A stretch of DNA of 58,442 bases from Fibrobacter sp. (GTDB lineage Bacteria > Fibrobacterota > Fibrobacteria > Fibrobacterales > Fibrobacteraceae). How positions within the stretch are numbered: the first letter of the stretch is position 1; each line of letters opens with the position of its first letter. Positions 57,058 to 58,442 of the stretch are shown here, in pieces. Made by a program: the position numbers and the translations under genes. The notes beneath the pieces are model-generated. The model was not told the DNA's origin. It ran no database searches and worked only from the letters and a program-made list of their open reading frames with translations. The stretch lies in contig JAEDLI010000001.1 in NCBI GenBank assembly GCA_016295375.1, positions 1 through 58,442 on the forward strand, in the 5' to 3' direction.

Positions 57058-57122
57058 TCCCCGCCAAGATGATGGTGGATCCTCGCCTTCGCGAGGATGA
57101 CGTGATTAGTTGCGGGGATGAC
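57058..57122. repeat. REP-like element nested inside another
   Basis: Outer ATCCCCGC...GCGGGGATGAC; inner GATCCTCGC-CTTC-GCGAGGATGAC. Confidence 0.75.
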
Positions 57123-57156
57123 GAGATGCTGAAGCGAGGGGAAAGCTTTCCCCTTT

Positions 57157-57337
57157 TAGGTAATAGGCAATAGGTGACAGGTTGTAGGCGTTAGGATTGA
57201 AGGACTCAAGATGTATGGATCCCGCGCCTCGAACCTGGAGTCCCGATTCCCGAACCTCTTGTGTCCAGCAGCCCTAAATCCTAGATCCTAACCACTAACC
57301 ACTAATCACTAATCACTAATCACTAATCACTAATCAC
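57157..57337. repeat. Heptamer arrays, including (ACTAATC)5
   Basis: TAGGTAA/TAGGCAA arm; CTAAATC-CTAGATC-CTAACCA...ACTAATC tandem arm. Confidence 0.75.
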
Positions 57338-57351
57338 TGCACCGCAGGTGT

Positions 57352-58442
57352 TTACCTCTCCAGCTGGAAGAACACCGCGGCCAGGGGCGGGAGCTTGATG
57401 TTGATGCTCCACTGCCTGTTCTGCCACGGGATGTCCTGGGTCCAGACTTCGCCCAGGTTCCCCACGTTGGAGCCGCCGAACATGTCGGCGTCGGTGTTGA
57501 AGATTTCTTTCCAGGCGCCGCGGGTGGGGGCTCCCAGGCGGTAGTCGTTGCGGACCACCGGCGTGAAGTTGAACACGCAGAGAATCTGGTTCCCGTGGTC
57601 GTCCTTGCGGACAAAGGAAACAATGGAATTGTCGGCGTCGTCGCACCAGATCCATTCGAATCCAGTGTGGTAGTGGTCGATTTCCCAGAAGGGGGCGTTT
57701 TCCTTGTACAGGTGGTTCAGGACCTTTATCATCTGCAAAAGTTTTCCGTGGCTGTCCCAGGTAATCAGGTGCCAGTCCAGGGACTGCTTCTCGTTCCATT
57801 CCCGGAATTGCCCGAACTCGTTGCCCATGAAGTTCAGCACCTTGCCCGGGTGTGCGTACTGGAAGGCGTAGGTGAGGCGGAGATTCGCGAACTTCTGCCA
57901 GTTGTCGCCGGGCATCTTGCCCAGCATGGAGCCCTTGCCGTGGACCACCTCGTCGTGGCTGAACACCTGGATGAAGTTTTCGCTATAGGCGTACACCATG
58001 CTGAAGGTGAGCTGGTTGTGGTGGTACTTGCGGTGGATGGGTTCGTGCTGGATGTAACTCAGGAAGTCGTTCATCCAGCCCATGTTCCACTTGTAGTGGA
58101 AGCCGAGGCCGCCTTGCTCCGGCGGGCGGGTGATGCTGGGGAAACTGGTAGATTCCTCGGCGATGAGGATGGCGTGGGGCGTGAGACGGCCCATGATGCT
58201 GTTCAGGTGCTTCAGGAACTCGATGGTGTCGTAGTTGATGTTGCCGCCGTCCTTGTTGGGCACCCATTCGCCGGGGCCCTTGCCGTAGTCCAGGTAGAGC
58301 ATGGAGGCCACGGCGTCCACGCGGAGACCGTCGCAGTGGAATTCCTTGAGCCAGTACATGGCGTTTGCGATGAGGAAGTTCTTGACCTCGTTGCGGCCCA
58401 GGTTGAAGATGTAGGTGCCCCAGTGGGGGTGTTCGCCCTGGC
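57352..58442 (-). CDS. glgB: 1,4-alpha-glucan branching enzyme, 3' part (5' end outside window)
   Basis: DGLRVDAVASMLYLDY, IAEEST, KWNMGWMND, SHDEVVHGKGSM and FMGNEFGQ motifs. The frame stays open to the window edge. Confidence 0.96.
   Translation of the reverse strand, partial: QGEHPHWGTYIFNLGRNEVKNFLIANAMYWLKEFHCDGLRVDAVASMLYLDYGKGPGEWVPNKDGGNINYDTIEFLKHLNSIMGRLTPHAILIAEESTSFPSITRPPEQGGLGFHYKWNMGWMNDFLSYIQHEPIHRKYHHNQLTFSMVYAYSENFIQVFSHDEVVHGKGSMLGKMPGDNWQKFANLRLTYAFQYAHPGKVLNFMGNEFGQFREWNEKQSLDWHLITWDSHGKLLQMIKVLNHLYKENAPFWEIDHYHTGFEWIWCDDADNSIVSFVRKDDHGNQILCVFNFTPVVRNDYRLGAPTRGAWKEIFNTDADMFGGSNVGNLGEVWTQDIPWQNRQWSINIKLPPLAAVFFQLER

Noticed and set aside
57290..57337. Telomere-like or CRISPR repeat in (ACTAATC)n
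   Set aside because: A short internal heptamer tandem with no spacers, belonging to the window-wide heptamer family.

Overview
58-kb chromosomal window from a cellulolytic bacterium, very probably Fibrobacter. This is inferred from the multi-modular GH9/GH5/CBM11-type proteins with poly-Ser linkers and basic C-terminal tails, and from the many lipoproteins. Most of the window is ordinary: argB-argD, gpmI, uvrB, mltG, azlCD, Mrp, a sigma-70 factor, rlpA, prfA-prmC, tsaA, psd, serC, tRNA-Lys(CTT), glgB and five large secreted glycoside hydrolases. The stand-out feature is the first 1.35 kb, where the 3' half of threonyl-tRNA synthetase (thrS) is cut into seven coding segments by six short inserts of 73-95 nt. 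Five inserts are same-orientation members of one family. They differ in sequence but keep one secondary structure with several compensatory base changes, end in a hairpin followed by AA, and removing each one restores the ThrRS frame. They are candidates for an undescribed class of mini-intron, translational-bypass element or precisely excising ssDNA element. This thrS copy also shows signs of decay, so a pseudogene cannot be excluded. Other points: a possible distant GH6-like catalytic domain, a dense GTCAT-palindrome (REP/dRS3-like) family that nests in itself and sits in-frame inside proteins, and inverted heptamer-repeat arrays.
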